Shown: in pieces, positions 1-9,862 of the stretch | Layout: each line of letters starts with the position of its first letter | Position numbering within the stretch: the first letter of the stretch is position 1 | From: Rhodoferax sp. | GTDB lineage: Bacteria; Pseudomonadota; Gammaproteobacteria; Burkholderiales; Burkholderiaceae_C | Direction of reading: 5' to 3' | DNA: 60,035 bases | NCBI GenBank assembly: GCA_036170715.1 | Contig: JAVHPS010000466.1 | Coordinates: 1 to 60,035, forward strand | Notes under the pieces: model-generated | The model's input: only the letters and a program-made list of their open reading frames with translations | Database searches by the model: none | Told to the model about the DNA's origin: nothing | Made by a program: the position numbers and the translations under genes

Positions 1-505
1 CTTGCAGCGTTTGCGCCAGCGCCGCGCTGCGCGGGCTGGGCTCGATGATGAGCTCGCCGCGCCCGTGGTGGCGCAGGTGGCCGGGGCCGGCCATCTCGGC
101 GGCAACGTACACCGCCGCTGCGGCCACCTGTACACCGGGCAACACGGTGCGCAGACGCTCGGCGTTGTCCACGCCGTTTTGCAGGCACAGTACCAATGCG
201 CCGGGGCCCAAGTGGGGGCGGATTTGGATACCTGTGGCCTCGGTGTCGGTGGATTTAACGGCAAACAACACCACGTCGGCATCGGCGACCGCGCTGGGCA
301 GAACGCTTGCAGCAGGGTGCACCACTTCGTCAAACGTCAGGGTTTGCAGGCGCAAGCCGTGGGTCTGAATGGCGTGCACATGCGCCGCGCGGCCGATCAG
401 CGTCACCGGGTAGCTGGCGCGCGCCAGCATGCCGCCGTAAAAGCAGCCCACGGCACCCGCGCCCATGACAGCAAAGGAGAGTTTTTTTGGTTCGGATGGG
501 GTCAT
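1..505 (-). CDS. panE: 2-dehydropantoate 2-reductase (ketopantoate reductase), 5' part; runs off the window start
   Basis: Not in the ORF track. Manual minus-strand translation from ATG 505 gives MTPSEPKKLSFAVMGAGAVGCFYGGMLARASYPVTLIGR, the GAGAVG..G Rossmann start of ApbA/PanE. Confidence 0.85.
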   Translation of the reverse strand, partial: MTPSEPKKLSFAVMGAGAVGCFYGGMLARASYPVTLIGRAAHVHAIQTHGLRLQTLTFDEVVHPAASVLPSAVADADVVLFAVKSTDTEATGIQIRPHLGPGALVLCLQNGVDNAERLRTVLPGVQVAAAAVYVAAEMAGPGHLRHHGRGELIIEPSPRSAALAQTLQ

Positions 506-653
506 GGTGGGTTTCAAAACGTGTGGTGGCGAGAAGGGCAGGCAGACCAAGGTGTGGGTTCATATTTTAGAAGCGCTGCGTCTGGGTTAACCTGGTGCGA
601 CCAGCAAAGCGCAAATTCGATTCAGAGACGATTCACCGATGTAGTCCGGGATA

Positions 654-2498
654 TCAATCACGAGAAAACCGCACGCTCACATTCCAGTTTCCGTCATTGG
701 GTGTGGGTGCAAGCGCGATGAGTTGACGCGAATTGGGATTTGTCACATCCAGGTCGGTACGAGGATTGGAGATGTCGTGCACCTCCAGCGTGACTGGCGT
801 GCCGCTGAAGCGCACATGCAAGGTTTTATCACCACTGCCAAGCGTCGCTTCATGGCCATTTATGGAAATTGACGCTTCAGTGTTCATGACCCAGCGAATG
901 CGGCTGCCGGGCTTGGCACCACTAATTTTGTCGGTCAGTGTCACGGTCAATCCGTCAACGTCAACGCGCGCATGCCGCGTGGCTTTTTTGAGCTGTCCAG
1001 ATAAAAAAACTGGGCTGAGATCGATCATGGTTTCAGTCTCACCAATCATTTGTAGCGTTGCCATGCCGCTGGAATTGTGCAAACTGGTGTCGATGGAAAT
1101 CGTGTTGTGTGCTGCGTTGGAGAGGCGAAAGACCTGCCAGCGCCCAGACCCTTGTTTCATGTTCCAAAGGTCTACGCCTCGGCTCTCCAAACTGTTGTAG
1201 TCCTGCATGCCTAAATCCTTAGCCCAGCGTATGCCGTCAAGATCGATGACAAAGGAGCCCGCATCCATGTGCGCGTGGTTATGGTTGGCCCCGCCGCCCT
1301 TGATCGCGAAGTAGAGTGCATTTGGATCGGTCCACGACGAGCGCCAGATGGAGACCGGCTGTGGGCCTTGGCCGTTAAAGTTCAGCGCGGCTGGCTCGGC
1401 CGTGGCACGGTCAGGCCACCACAGCGCGATCAGGGGGGCAAAGCGTTCATTCAAGCCTTGCTTGTTGCGAATCATGGTTCGCTTGGCTTCTATCCATACG
1501 GGTTGCCGAAGCTCGCGCGCGAGGTAAAAAAGGGGTGGGCTGATCTCTTGCCCTTCACCGCCGTCGGAAAAGTTGAACTGTCGTCCGCTTGGACTGACCG
1601 CATGCGCAAAAAAATCTGCACTACGTTTCAGACCTGGCGAATCAAGCACGCCCCAGTCGTTACCTATCGTGCCACGCAGTGCTGCCACCAGCAGCACGGA
1701 ATAGCTTGTTCCATAGACCCAGTAGCCCGGTCCCTCTGGGTATATGCCGTCGGGCTTGTATGCGTTGAGTGCGGTGTGAACATTGGCTTTGGCGGCGACG
1801 AGCAGGTCGCGAACGAGTTCTGGCTCATCTTCTTGCACCGCGAGCGCGCCCAGTACCATGCCACCAATGCAAACTTGTCCCCAGTTGTTGTTGTACTTGA
1901 AGGTGGCATGACCGTTGCGTGCTTGTGCAATACCTTTATCGACAATGGCACGGCGTAGGGTGGCGCGTTCGTCAGCTGGCAAGTCTTCATACAGCCAGTC
2001 ATAGCTGATCGCCAGCCCAGTTGTCATTTCAGCAACATCCAGAAAGTGACTGTGGTTCCAGTCAGAGAAAGCAGCGACCGAGAGCATTTCGCGCCTGGCG
2101 CGGTCTAAAAAAATCCGATCACCGCTGACCCGATACGCAAAACTCCACAGCAGGCTGCGGCGGATGAACTCGCGCGACACGCTGAGTAGGCGTCGACCTT
2201 TGAGTTTGCGCTCTAGCGGCGCAAGAATCAGGTCTTTGCGCGCACGCTCCAACTGCAGATCGATCAGTCGGTTGAGGTCAGGGTCGGTGGCGCGGCGTGC
2301 TGCCAGTGCCAGCCAATCAGCTTGGGTGGCGAGCAGGCGAGGATGGGCTGGCAGCTTGGCTGAGGCGTTGCCAACAAGTTCAGCACCAGGTGTCTGAGCC
2401 TGTGCGGTACAGGCGCACGCGAAAAGTAGTGCTGCACCACAAAAGAGGGCCAAGTCAGCTAACCGTTGCCACCAAAAGACAGGTCGATTGAAGGACAT
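654..2498 (-). CDS. Heparinase II/III-family polysaccharide lyase, probably secreted
   Basis: Motifs NNNWGQVC, EGPGYWVYG, NHNHAHMDAGSF and AHNTI; hydrophobic N-terminus ending AQA. Start could be 2498 or 2567. Confidence 0.75.
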   Translation of the reverse strand: MSFNRPVFWWQRLADLALFCGAALLFACACTAQAQTPGAELVGNASAKLPAHPRLLATQADWLALAARRATDPDLNRLIDLQLERARKDLILAPLERKLKGRRLLSVSREFIRRSLLWSFAYRVSGDRIFLDRARREMLSVAAFSDWNHSHFLDVAEMTTGLAISYDWLYEDLPADERATLRRAIVDKGIAQARNGHATFKYNNNWGQVCIGGMVLGALAVQEDEPELVRDLLVAAKANVHTALNAYKPDGIYPEGPGYWVYGTSYSVLLVAALRGTIGNDWGVLDSPGLKRSADFFAHAVSPSGRQFNFSDGGEGQEISPPLFYLARELRQPVWIEAKRTMIRNKQGLNERFAPLIALWWPDRATAEPAALNFNGQGPQPVSIWRSSWTDPNALYFAIKGGGANHNHAHMDAGSFVIDLDGIRWAKDLGMQDYNSLESRGVDLWNMKQGSGRWQVFRLSNAAHNTISIDTSLHNSSGMATLQMIGETETMIDLSPVFLSGQLKKATRHARVDVDGLTVTLTDKISGAKPGSRIRWVMNTEASISINGHEATLGSGDKTLHVRFSGTPVTLEVHDISNPRTDLDVTNPNSRQLIALAPTPNDGNWNVSVRFSRD

Positions 2499-2726
2499 GC
2501 GTTGATCCTTTTCCAGAGGTGAAGCCCGCAATATTGTCAGCTTTGACGCAGACTTTGGTTTTTCCAAAGGCCTCGCGCCAGAAGGTTCGGATCATTGGCA
2601 CACGTTGCCAGTCTGGTGCATGACACAGTCACCGTACCGCATACCCATCTTTGCCGCCGATAGAATGCAGGCTCAATTTTGCTGCATTCATAGCGCTTAC
2701 CCGACACTTCATCAGCCATTTTTTTG

Positions 2727-3812
2727 ATGCCCATAACCCCCACCCAAAAAAGAGCTTTTTCCTGGCTGGCGCTGCTGCTGGGCGCGGTGCTGGCATTTTG
2801 GCTGCTGGCACCGGTGCTGACACCTTTTGTGGTGGCGGCTATTTTGGCCTACGCCCTGACACCCGTGGTGGACAAACTTGACGACTTGGGCAAGGGGCGC
2901 ATTCCGCGCCTGCTGGCCGTGGTGGTGGTTGAGCTGGTGTTTTTAACGCTGCTGCTGGCCTTGATGCTGCTGGTGGTACCGATTTTGGTCAAGCAGTTGC
3001 CCCTGTTGCGCGAACAAGTGCCCCCCATGCTGGACCGAGCCAACGCGGCGCTACAGCCTCTTTTGGCGCAGTTTGGCTGGCATGTGTCGCTGGACGTGGC
3101 CGGGCTCAAGGCCTTTGCTACCGAACATTTGAACGCCAATTTTCAGGACGCACTAGGGCGTTTGCTGGCATCGGCCAAGCTCGGTGGCAGTGTGGCGCTG
3201 TCGGTGGTGGGCAACGCGGTGCTGATTCCGGTGGTGCTGTTTTACCTGTTGATGGAATGGCGGCGGTTTATGGGGCTGCTGCTGGTGCTGGTGCCGCCAC
3301 GCCTGCGTGCGGCGGTGGACAGTTTTACCCACGAGGCCGACACGGTGTTGGGGCAATATTTGCGTGGGCAGCTGTTGGTTATGGTGGTGCTGGCGGTGTA
3401 TTACAGCGTCGGGCTGGCCCTGTTTGGGCTGGACTTGGCGCTGCCCATTGGCGTGTTCACAGGGCTGGCGGTGGCGATTCCCTACCTTGGCTTTGGTCTG
3501 GGGTTGATTCTGGCAACGCTGGCTGGTTTTTTGGAGTTTTCAGCCCAGACGGGTCATGTCAGTGCACTGATCATGGTGGCGGTGGTGTATGGCGCAGGCC
3601 AGCTGCTTGAGAGCTTTGTCTTGACTCCCCGGCTGGTGGGTGAGCGCATTGGCTTGCACCCGCTGGCGGTGATTTTTGCCCTGATGGCTTTTGCCCACTT
3701 GCTGGGGTTTGTCGGGGTGCTGATTGCGCTGCCCTTGAGCGCCGTGTTGCTGGTGGGCATTCGCCGCCTGCGCGCAGCCTACCTGGCCAGCACGCTGTAC
3801 CAGGACGCATGA
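2727..3812 (+). CDS. AI-2E (PerM-like) family transporter
   Basis: Multi-TM protein with YLRGQL, IPYLG and PRLVGERIGLHP motifs; directly upstream of hda. Confidence 0.9.
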   Translation: MPITPTQKRAFSWLALLLGAVLAFWLLAPVLTPFVVAAILAYALTPVVDKLDDLGKGRIPRLLAVVVVELVFLTLLLALMLLVVPILVKQLPLLREQVPPMLDRANAALQPLLAQFGWHVSLDVAGLKAFATEHLNANFQDALGRLLASAKLGGSVALSVVGNAVLIPVVLFYLLMEWRRFMGLLLVLVPPRLRAAVDSFTHEADTVLGQYLRGQLLVMVVLAVYYSVGLALFGLDLALPIGVFTGLAVAIPYLGFGLGLILATLAGFLEFSAQTGHVSALIMVAVVYGAGQLLESFVLTPRLVGERIGLHPLAVIFALMAFAHLLGFVGVLIALPLSAVLLVGIRRLRAAYLASTLYQDA

Positions 3813-3820
3813 GAGGCGTG

Positions 3821-4504
3821 ATGCAACAGCTGGTGCTTGACATGGGCCTGCCCACCGGGCCGACGCTGGCCAATTTTTGCGCCGGTCCCAACGCAGCAGC
3901 ACTGGCGCACCTCAAACTCTGGCTCGGCGACAGCCCACAGGCGCTACGTTCCCCCGTGCCCACTTACCTGTGGGGCAGCATCGGCTGCGGCAAAACCCAT
4001 TTGCTGCAAGCCTTGCGCGGCGTGCTGCAGCAGCAGGGTGCCAGCGTAGGCTGGCTCGATGCCAGCATGCAATCGTCCGCTGAATTTGACGAATGCTGGG
4101 CCTGTGTGTTGCTCGACGATGTGCAGGCCTTTGACGCGGGCCAGCAGCAAGTCGCGTTCAATTGGTTTGTCAACGCCCAGACGCACCAAATGGCAGTGAT
4201 TGCCGCCGGAAGCTTGCCGCCGGCCGACCTGAAGCTGCGCGACGACCTGCGTACCCGCCTGGGCTGGGGCCCGGTGTTTGCTCTGCAGGTCTTGAGCGAG
4301 CCCGAGCGCCGCGCCGTGTTGCGTCAGGCGGCGGACGCCCGTGGCATTGTGTTGAGTGATGAGGTGATGGACTTCATGCTGACCCGTTTCAGCCGCGACC
4401 TGGGCAGCCTGATGGAACTGCTGAACTTGATGGACGGCTACGCCCTGCAAACCCAGCGCGCCATCACCATCCCCCTGATCAAAACCATGATGGACAATTC
4501 TTGA
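3821..4504 (+). CDS. hda: DnaA regulatory inactivator Hda
   Basis: QQLVL clamp-binding motif, TLANF, GCGKTHLL, DDLRTRLGWG and ITIPL. Confidence 0.93.
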   Translation: MQQLVLDMGLPTGPTLANFCAGPNAAALAHLKLWLGDSPQALRSPVPTYLWGSIGCGKTHLLQALRGVLQQQGASVGWLDASMQSSAEFDECWACVLLDDVQAFDAGQQQVAFNWFVNAQTHQMAVIAAGSLPPADLKLRDDLRTRLGWGPVFALQVLSEPERRAVLRQAADARGIVLSDEVMDFMLTRFSRDLGSLMELLNLMDGYALQTQRAITIPLIKTMMDNS

Positions 4505-4506
4505 AA

Positions 4507-5184
4507 ATGCAACTGGCGCTTTTTGACCTGGATCACACCCTGATCCCGATTGATTCAGACTACGAGTGGGGCGTGTTCACCACCGCGCTGGGCTGGAACG
4601 ATGCCGAAGCATTTACCCGGCGCAACGACGTGTATTACCAGCAGTACAAGGCGGGCACGCTTGACATTCACGACTACGTGCGTTTTGCAACCGCCGCCAT
4701 TCGTTGTCAGGGTGCTACAAAATCAATAGCTGCTCATGCCCAGTATATGAGGGCTATCGTGCAAAAAGCTATACAACCCCAGGCCCTGGCTTTGGTACAA
4801 AAGCACCAGGCAGCGGGCGATGCGGTGGTGATCGTTACGGCCACCAACGAATTTGTCACCCGCCCGATTGCCGCCGCGTTTGGCGTGCCCGAGTTGATTG
4901 CCATCAACCTGGTGCGCGACCCGGCAAGCCAATGGTTCACCGGTGAAATTGACGGCACGCCCTCGTTTCGTGACGGTAAAGTGACGCGGGTGCAGGCCTG
5001 GCTAGCCGCACGCGGCCTGCACTGGGACAGCATTGAGGCCACCTTTTACACCGATTCCATCAACGATTTACCCCTGCTGGAGCGTGTGGCACACCCGGTG
5101 GCCACCAACCCGGACGCACCCCTGCGCGCCATCGCCACCGAGCGTGGCTGGCGCATACTCGACCTTTTCAAAGAAGAGCAATGA
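4507..5184 (+). CDS. HAD-IB family hydrolase (SerB-like)
   Basis: FDLDHTL motif I, VTATN, and YTDSINDLPLL; sits between hda and pcnB. Confidence 0.9.
   Translation: MQLALFDLDHTLIPIDSDYEWGVFTTALGWNDAEAFTRRNDVYYQQYKAGTLDIHDYVRFATAAIRCQGATKSIAAHAQYMRAIVQKAIQPQALALVQKHQAAGDAVVIVTATNEFVTRPIAAAFGVPELIAINLVRDPASQWFTGEIDGTPSFRDGKVTRVQAWLAARGLHWDSIEATFYTDSINDLPLLERVAHPVATNPDAPLRAIATERGWRILDLFKEEQ
4714..4768 (+). repeat. Fixed-geometry dispersed element, copy 1 (in frame in the HAD gene)
   Basis: GCTACAAAATCAATAGC-20 nt-GGGCTA-TCGTGCAAAAA. Confidence 0.85.
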
Positions 5185-6788
5185 TCAAAAAATTCATCAA
5201 TAAACTGCTCGGCAAGTCCGATACACCGGCCAAACCCCGCTTTGGCAAGCGCATGGAAATTGGCCCCGCTGAACATGGCATCAACCCCAAGCTGGTCGAT
5301 GAGCACGCTAAAAATGTGGTGCGCACGCTTAAAAATGCGGGTTTTGAGGCCTACATCGTCGGCGGTGCGGTGCGCGACCTGATGCTGGGTCTGGCTCCCA
5401 AAGACTTTGACGTGGCCACCAATGCCACCCCGGAGCAGGTTAAAGGTTTGTTTCGGCGCGCCTTCATCATCGGGCGGCGCTTTCGCATCGTGCACGTGGT
5501 GTACGGGCGTGGGCGTGAACACGAGGTGATTGAAGTCTCCACGTTCCGTGCCTACCTCGACAACGCCGCCGCCGAACAGGTGGCCGGCAACGAGAAAACC
5601 AGCAAAAGCGAGCTGGCCGGCATGAAACACGCGGTGGACTCTACCGGCCGGGTGCTGCGCGACAACGTCTGGGGTCCGCAGGACGAAGACGCGGCGCGGC
5701 GCGACTTCACCATCAACGCCATGTATTACGACCCCGAGACGCAGCTGGTGGTGGACTATCACCATGGCCTCAAGGACTCCAAAGCCAAAGTCATCCGCAT
5801 GATTGGTGACCCGCAAGCGCGCTACCGCGAAGACCCGGTGCGCATCATCCGCGCCATTCGCTTTGCTGCCAAGCTGGGGGCGTTGGGCTTCAAGCTCGAG
5901 CCCAAAACCGCCATGCCGCTGGTCAAATCCAAAGCCTTGCTGCTTGAAGTACCACAAAGCCGCATGTTTGACGAAATGCTCAAGCTGCTGCAAACCGGGC
6001 ACGCGCTGGCCTCCATCGACAAGCTCAAAGAACTGGGCCTGGCGCGCGGCATTTACCCGCTGCTCGACGTGGTGGTGGAGCGCGCTGAGTCTGCATTTGT
6101 CAAATCGGCCTTGCAAGACACCGACCGCCGCGTGGGCGAAGGCAAGCCGGTGGCCCCGAGCTTTTTGCTGGCCTGCGTGTTGTGGGACGATGTGCGTGAC
6201 GGCTGGGCTCAGCGCATGAAAAACCAACATGGTCACCCGGCGCTGATGGATGCGATTGAAGACGTATTCAATGCCCGCATTGGCGACGTGTCGGGCCGCG
6301 GCAAACTGGCCGGTGACATGCGTGAAATCTGGATGATGCAGCCCCGTTTTGAGAAACGCGTGGGCAGTGCGCCGTTTGGCTTGACGGAGCAGCCGCGCTT
6401 TCGGGCCGCGTTTGACTTCATGCGCTTGCGCGCCGAAAACGGTGAGCTGGATTTGGTTTTGTCCGACTGGTGGGAAGACTTCAGCCTGGCTGATGACTAC
6501 CTGCGCAACGAAATGGTCGATGCCGTGCGCCTGGAGCAGCAGCAGCGCCCCAAGCTCGCCCGCGCCCCACGGCCACCGCGTGCGCTGAACCGCGACACAA
6601 ACGCCGTACCACCTGTAACCGACCCAGACGAACGGTTTGCAGATCAACCCTTGCCCCGTGACGCGAGTGAGGTTGCAGATCAGGATGAGGGCGCGGCTGC
6701 GCCCAAAAAACGCCGTCGCCGCCGCCGCCCCGCAGGGCGTAGCGCGGGTGATGCAACCGATCAAAGTGCGTCAGACCCGCACGCATGA
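5181..6788 (+). CDS. pcnB: Poly(A) polymerase I
   Basis: VGGAVRDL, KDFDVAT, IGRRFRIVHV, RRDFTINA, EDPVRIIRA, RFRAAFDF and an Arg-rich C-terminus. Confidence 0.96.
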   Translation: MIKKFINKLLGKSDTPAKPRFGKRMEIGPAEHGINPKLVDEHAKNVVRTLKNAGFEAYIVGGAVRDLMLGLAPKDFDVATNATPEQVKGLFRRAFIIGRRFRIVHVVYGRGREHEVIEVSTFRAYLDNAAAEQVAGNEKTSKSELAGMKHAVDSTGRVLRDNVWGPQDEDAARRDFTINAMYYDPETQLVVDYHHGLKDSKAKVIRMIGDPQARYREDPVRIIRAIRFAAKLGALGFKLEPKTAMPLVKSKALLLEVPQSRMFDEMLKLLQTGHALASIDKLKELGLARGIYPLLDVVVERAESAFVKSALQDTDRRVGEGKPVAPSFLLACVLWDDVRDGWAQRMKNQHGHPALMDAIEDVFNARIGDVSGRGKLAGDMREIWMMQPRFEKRVGSAPFGLTEQPRFRAAFDFMRLRAENGELDLVLSDWWEDFSLADDYLRNEMVDAVRLEQQQRPKLARAPRPPRALNRDTNAVPPVTDPDERFADQPLPRDASEVADQDEGAAAPKKRRRRRRPAGRSAGDATDQSASDPHA

Positions 6789-7267
6789 GCGCGCGCCCTG
6801 AAGTGCTGGCCTACGTGGGCCTGGGCAGCAATCTGGGCCAACCCGTAGCCACACTGCAAGCGGCCATGGTGCAGCTTGCAGGCTTGCCGCAAACCCGGCT
6901 GGTGGCGCAGTCCAGCTTGTACAGCAGTGCACCTTTTGAAGCTGCGGGGCCTGATTTTGTCAATGCAGTGGTTGGCCTGCAGACCCGGCTGACTGCGCCC
7001 GCGCTGCTGTGGCAGTTGCAGCACATTGAAACCACAGCCGGGCGCGAGCGGCCCTACCGCAATGCCCCGCGCACCCTTGATCTGGATTTGCTTTTGTATG
7101 GCACGGCCCGCATTCATAGCCCTGCCTTGTCGGTGCCGCACCCCCGCATGTTCGAGCGGGCTTTTGTACTGCTGCCGCTGGTCGAAATTGCGCCGCATTG
7201 GGTGTCTGCTGACCACTTGGCTGCCGTCTTGGGGCAGACTGTTGTCAAAGTGGCTGAGTGTGGGTGA
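6785..7267 (+). CDS. folK: 2-amino-4-hydroxy-6-hydroxymethyldihydropteridine diphosphokinase
   Basis: LGSNLG, PRTLDLDLLLYG and PHPRMFERAFVL; follows pcnB. Confidence 0.96.
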   Translation: MSARPEVLAYVGLGSNLGQPVATLQAAMVQLAGLPQTRLVAQSSLYSSAPFEAAGPDFVNAVVGLQTRLTAPALLWQLQHIETTAGRERPYRNAPRTLDLDLLLYGTARIHSPALSVPHPRMFERAFVLLPLVEIAPHWVSADHLAAVLGQTVVKVAECG

Positions 7268-7347
7268 ATCACGGGAAAATACCTGTTTCAAGCGTACCTG
7301 ATGGCCGCTAAGATGCCGCTGCCCGATTTGTTGAACTGGACTCTGTC

Positions 7348-9180
7348 ATGAACTTGCAAAACCTTCGCCTAGCCGCCAAATTATGGCTTTCTACCTTGTT
7401 CATCGTGTTGGGTATTGCCGTGGTGGTGGGGTACACCGCCATGCGCTCTGCGGGTGACCGCGCAGAGAGCACGCTCATCCTGGACACACTGAACGCACGG
7501 GTTAAATTGGCCATGCGCTGGGCGGGTTTGACACAAGCCAATGCAGCGCGATCACAAGCGGTTCTGATCAGCACCGATCCGGGCGTGGAGCTTGGATTGA
7601 AAGATGCAATTGCAGCCACATCTGCTGCGATTGGTCAGATTCAAAAGTCGATTGATGCTGAAAACCTGACTGCTGCTGACCGTAACCAACTGCAAACCAT
7701 TGCCACCAACCGAAAACGTGTGCTGGAAACCCGTGCACAAGCCATGAAGCAGCGTGCCGATGGCTTGTCTGCCGAGACTGCCAGCACCATCGGCACGTTG
7801 TATTTGCCTGCGATGGAGATTTATCAAAAGTCGCAACGCGATTTTGTGGCCATGCAGGAACAGTCGTATGAAAGTACGCGTGCCAGTTACGCGCAGCGTG
7901 CCAGAGAGTTGATCATGGTTGCCAGTGGTTTGATGCTGCTGTTGGTGCTGGGTATTGTGCTGGGTTCAGCCTGGTTGCTGCGCTCCATCCGCCAGCCGTT
8001 GCTGCAAGCCAATGCGCTTGCAGCACGCATTGCCAAGGGGGATCTGAGCGCGCAAATTGATACCAGCCGAGGGGATGAATTTGGGGATTTGATGAAATCG
8101 CTGGCCAGCATGAACAGTTCACTAGGCCAAATGGTGCAGCAGGTGCGCCAGAATACCGACAGCATTGCCACTGCCAGCGCCGAGATCGCCACCGGCAACA
8201 ACGACCTGGCGCAGCGCACCGAACAAACCTCCAGCAACCTGCAAGCTACTGCGTCGAGCATGAGCGGACTGACGCAAAACGTGCAGCTCAGCGCCGACAA
8301 CGCGCGTCAGGCCAGCAGTCTGGCGGCCACGGCCTCCAGCGTGGCGCAGCGCGGCGGCGCAGTGGTGCAGCAGGTGGTCAGCACCATGCAGGACATCAAC
8401 GACAGCAGCCGCAAAATTGCCGACATCATTGGGGTGATTGACGGCATTGCCTTCCAAACCAACATCCTGGCTCTGAATGCAGCGGTGGAAGCGGCACGCG
8501 CCGGTGAGCAAGGGCGCGGTTTTGCCGTGGTGGCCAGTGAGGTGCGCTCGTTGGCCGGGCGCAGTGCCGAGGCGGCCAAAGAGATCAAGTTGCTGATCAA
8601 CACCTCGGTCGAGAAAGTCGCCTCTGGCACGCAATTGGTGTCTGATGCGGGTGTGACCATGAACGACATCGTGCAATCGGTGCGTAAAGTGGCCGACGTG
8701 ATTGGCGAAATCACCGCCGCTGCCGGTGAACAAAGTGCCGGTATTTCAAATGTCAATCAAGCCATTGGCAATCTGGATCAGATGACGCAGCAAAACGCGG
8801 CGTTGGTGGAGCAAAGTGCCGCAGCGGCCGAGAGCCTGCGCGACCAGGCCGATCAGTTGGCACGTGCGGTGGCGGTGTTCAAAACCAGCAATCTGGCAAA
8901 CACCAGCGTGCCACAGCGCCCCATGCGCGACATCACGCCCAGGCCTGCGCAGGTGGCTTATCGACCCGCGCCATCCTTGCCCGCTGCCAAAGCCAGACCA
9001 GCCTTGGCAGCGCGGCCTGCGGCCAAGCCACTGGCTGCACCGTCCAAGTCGGCCAGCGCCAAAACGGGGCTGGGCGCAACGAGTCTGCGCCCGGCCTTGG
9101 CCAAGCCCGCTGCAGCCAAGCCCGTTCCGCTGAAGGCTGCTTCAGCTCCAGCGGCCGATTCAGATTGGGAAACGTTTTAA
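7348..9180 (+). CDS. Methyl-accepting chemotaxis protein (2 TM, periplasmic sensor, HAMP)
   Basis: IAFQTNILALNAAVEAARAGEQGRGFAVVA signalling hairpin; Ala/Pro/Lys linker ending in a DWETF CheR/CheB-binding pentapeptide. Confidence 0.95.
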   Translation: MNLQNLRLAAKLWLSTLFIVLGIAVVVGYTAMRSAGDRAESTLILDTLNARVKLAMRWAGLTQANAARSQAVLISTDPGVELGLKDAIAATSAAIGQIQKSIDAENLTAADRNQLQTIATNRKRVLETRAQAMKQRADGLSAETASTIGTLYLPAMEIYQKSQRDFVAMQEQSYESTRASYAQRARELIMVASGLMLLLVLGIVLGSAWLLRSIRQPLLQANALAARIAKGDLSAQIDTSRGDEFGDLMKSLASMNSSLGQMVQQVRQNTDSIATASAEIATGNNDLAQRTEQTSSNLQATASSMSGLTQNVQLSADNARQASSLAATASSVAQRGGAVVQQVVSTMQDINDSSRKIADIIGVIDGIAFQTNILALNAAVEAARAGEQGRGFAVVASEVRSLAGRSAEAAKEIKLLINTSVEKVASGTQLVSDAGVTMNDIVQSVRKVADVIGEITAAAGEQSAGISNVNQAIGNLDQMTQQNAALVEQSAAAAESLRDQADQLARAVAVFKTSNLANTSVPQRPMRDITPRPAQVAYRPAPSLPAAKARPALAARPAAKPLAAPSKSASAKTGLGATSLRPALAKPAAAKPVPLKAASAPAADSDWETF

Positions 9181-9206
9181 CGTCAAAGCGCACGCACCCA
9201 GAGTGT

Positions 9207-9256
9207 TTGTAGGGTCGACTTCAGTCGACCATGGCGGGTTGAAACCCGCCCTACAA
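9207..9256. repeat. GTAG-type REP doublet (REP plus inverted REP)
   Basis: GTAG-GGTCGACT-TC-AGTCGACC, AT, then GGCGGGTT-GA-AACCCGCC-CTAC; lies between convergent MCP and RidA genes. Confidence 0.75.
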
Positions 9257-9285
9257 GGGCACAAATGGGTAGCGCTGGCAGGTTA

Positions 9286-9744
9286 TCAGGCTACTTCGGC
9301 AATCAGCTCAATCTCGACACACGCACCCAGCGGGATTTGCGCCACGCCAAAGGCGCTGCGGGCGTGGGCCCCTTTTTCAGCGCCAAATACCTCACCAATC
9401 AGCTCGCTGGCACCGTTGGTGACCAGGTGTTGCTCGGTGAAGTCTGCGGTGGAGTTGACCAGTGACATCAGCTTGACGATGCGTGTCACGCGGTTGAGGT
9501 CGCCCACGGCGGCGTGCAGGGTGCCCATCAGGTCAATGGCGGCGGCGCGGGCAGCGGCTTTGCCTTCTTCGGCCTTCATGGTCTTGCCGAATTGGCCGAC
9601 CCAGACCTTGTCGTCCTTTTTGGCCAGGTGGCCACTTAAAAATACCAAATTGCCGGTTTGGACAAACGGTACGTAGGCGGCAGCGGGGGCGGCCACAGGG
9701 GGCAGGGTAATGCCGAGTTGGGACAATTTGGCGTAAATGCTCAT
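9286..9744 (-). CDS. RidA/YjgF/UK114 family protein
   Basis: AAYVP, LVFLSG, HARSAFGVAQIPLGACVEIE. Confidence 0.92.
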   Translation of the reverse strand: MSIYAKLSQLGITLPPVAAPAAAYVPFVQTGNLVFLSGHLAKKDDKVWVGQFGKTMKAEEGKAAARAAAIDLMGTLHAAVGDLNRVTRIVKLMSLVNSTADFTEQHLVTNGASELIGEVFGAEKGAHARSAFGVAQIPLGACVEIELIAEVA

Positions 9745-9773
9745 GGATTTTCCTTGGGGTTAAAGTTGTAAGT

Positions 9774-9828
9774 AAAAATGGCCTCTAGCCCTTTTATTTA
9801 TTCGGCTGGTAGCTATGTATTTGATACC
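9774..9828 (-). repeat. Fixed-geometry dispersed element, copy 2 (intergenic)
   Basis: Minus strand: GGTATCAAATACATAGC-20 nt-GGGCTA-GAGGCCATTTTT. Confidence 0.88.
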
Positions 9829-9862
9829 AAGCGTGGCGTTATTTTACGGATTTGAAGGCGGC

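Noticed and set aside
2-721. 239-aa plus-strand ORF at the window start
   Set aside because: Antisense shadow of panE; no recognisable motifs.
2680-2731. Possible extra copy of the 55-bp element upstream of the AI-2E gene
   Set aside because: TAGCGC box present but spacing is 18 rather than 20 and the dyad is poor.
5046-6764. Long antisense ORFs (also 28072-29250, 33674-35215, 36882-37841, 58093-59697)
   Set aside because: They mirror well-supported genes; stop-poor antisense frames are expected with GC-rich codon bias.
7287-7330. Sigma-28 promoter for the MCP (TCAAG...GCCGCTAA)
   Set aside because: Spacing is too short for the FliA consensus.
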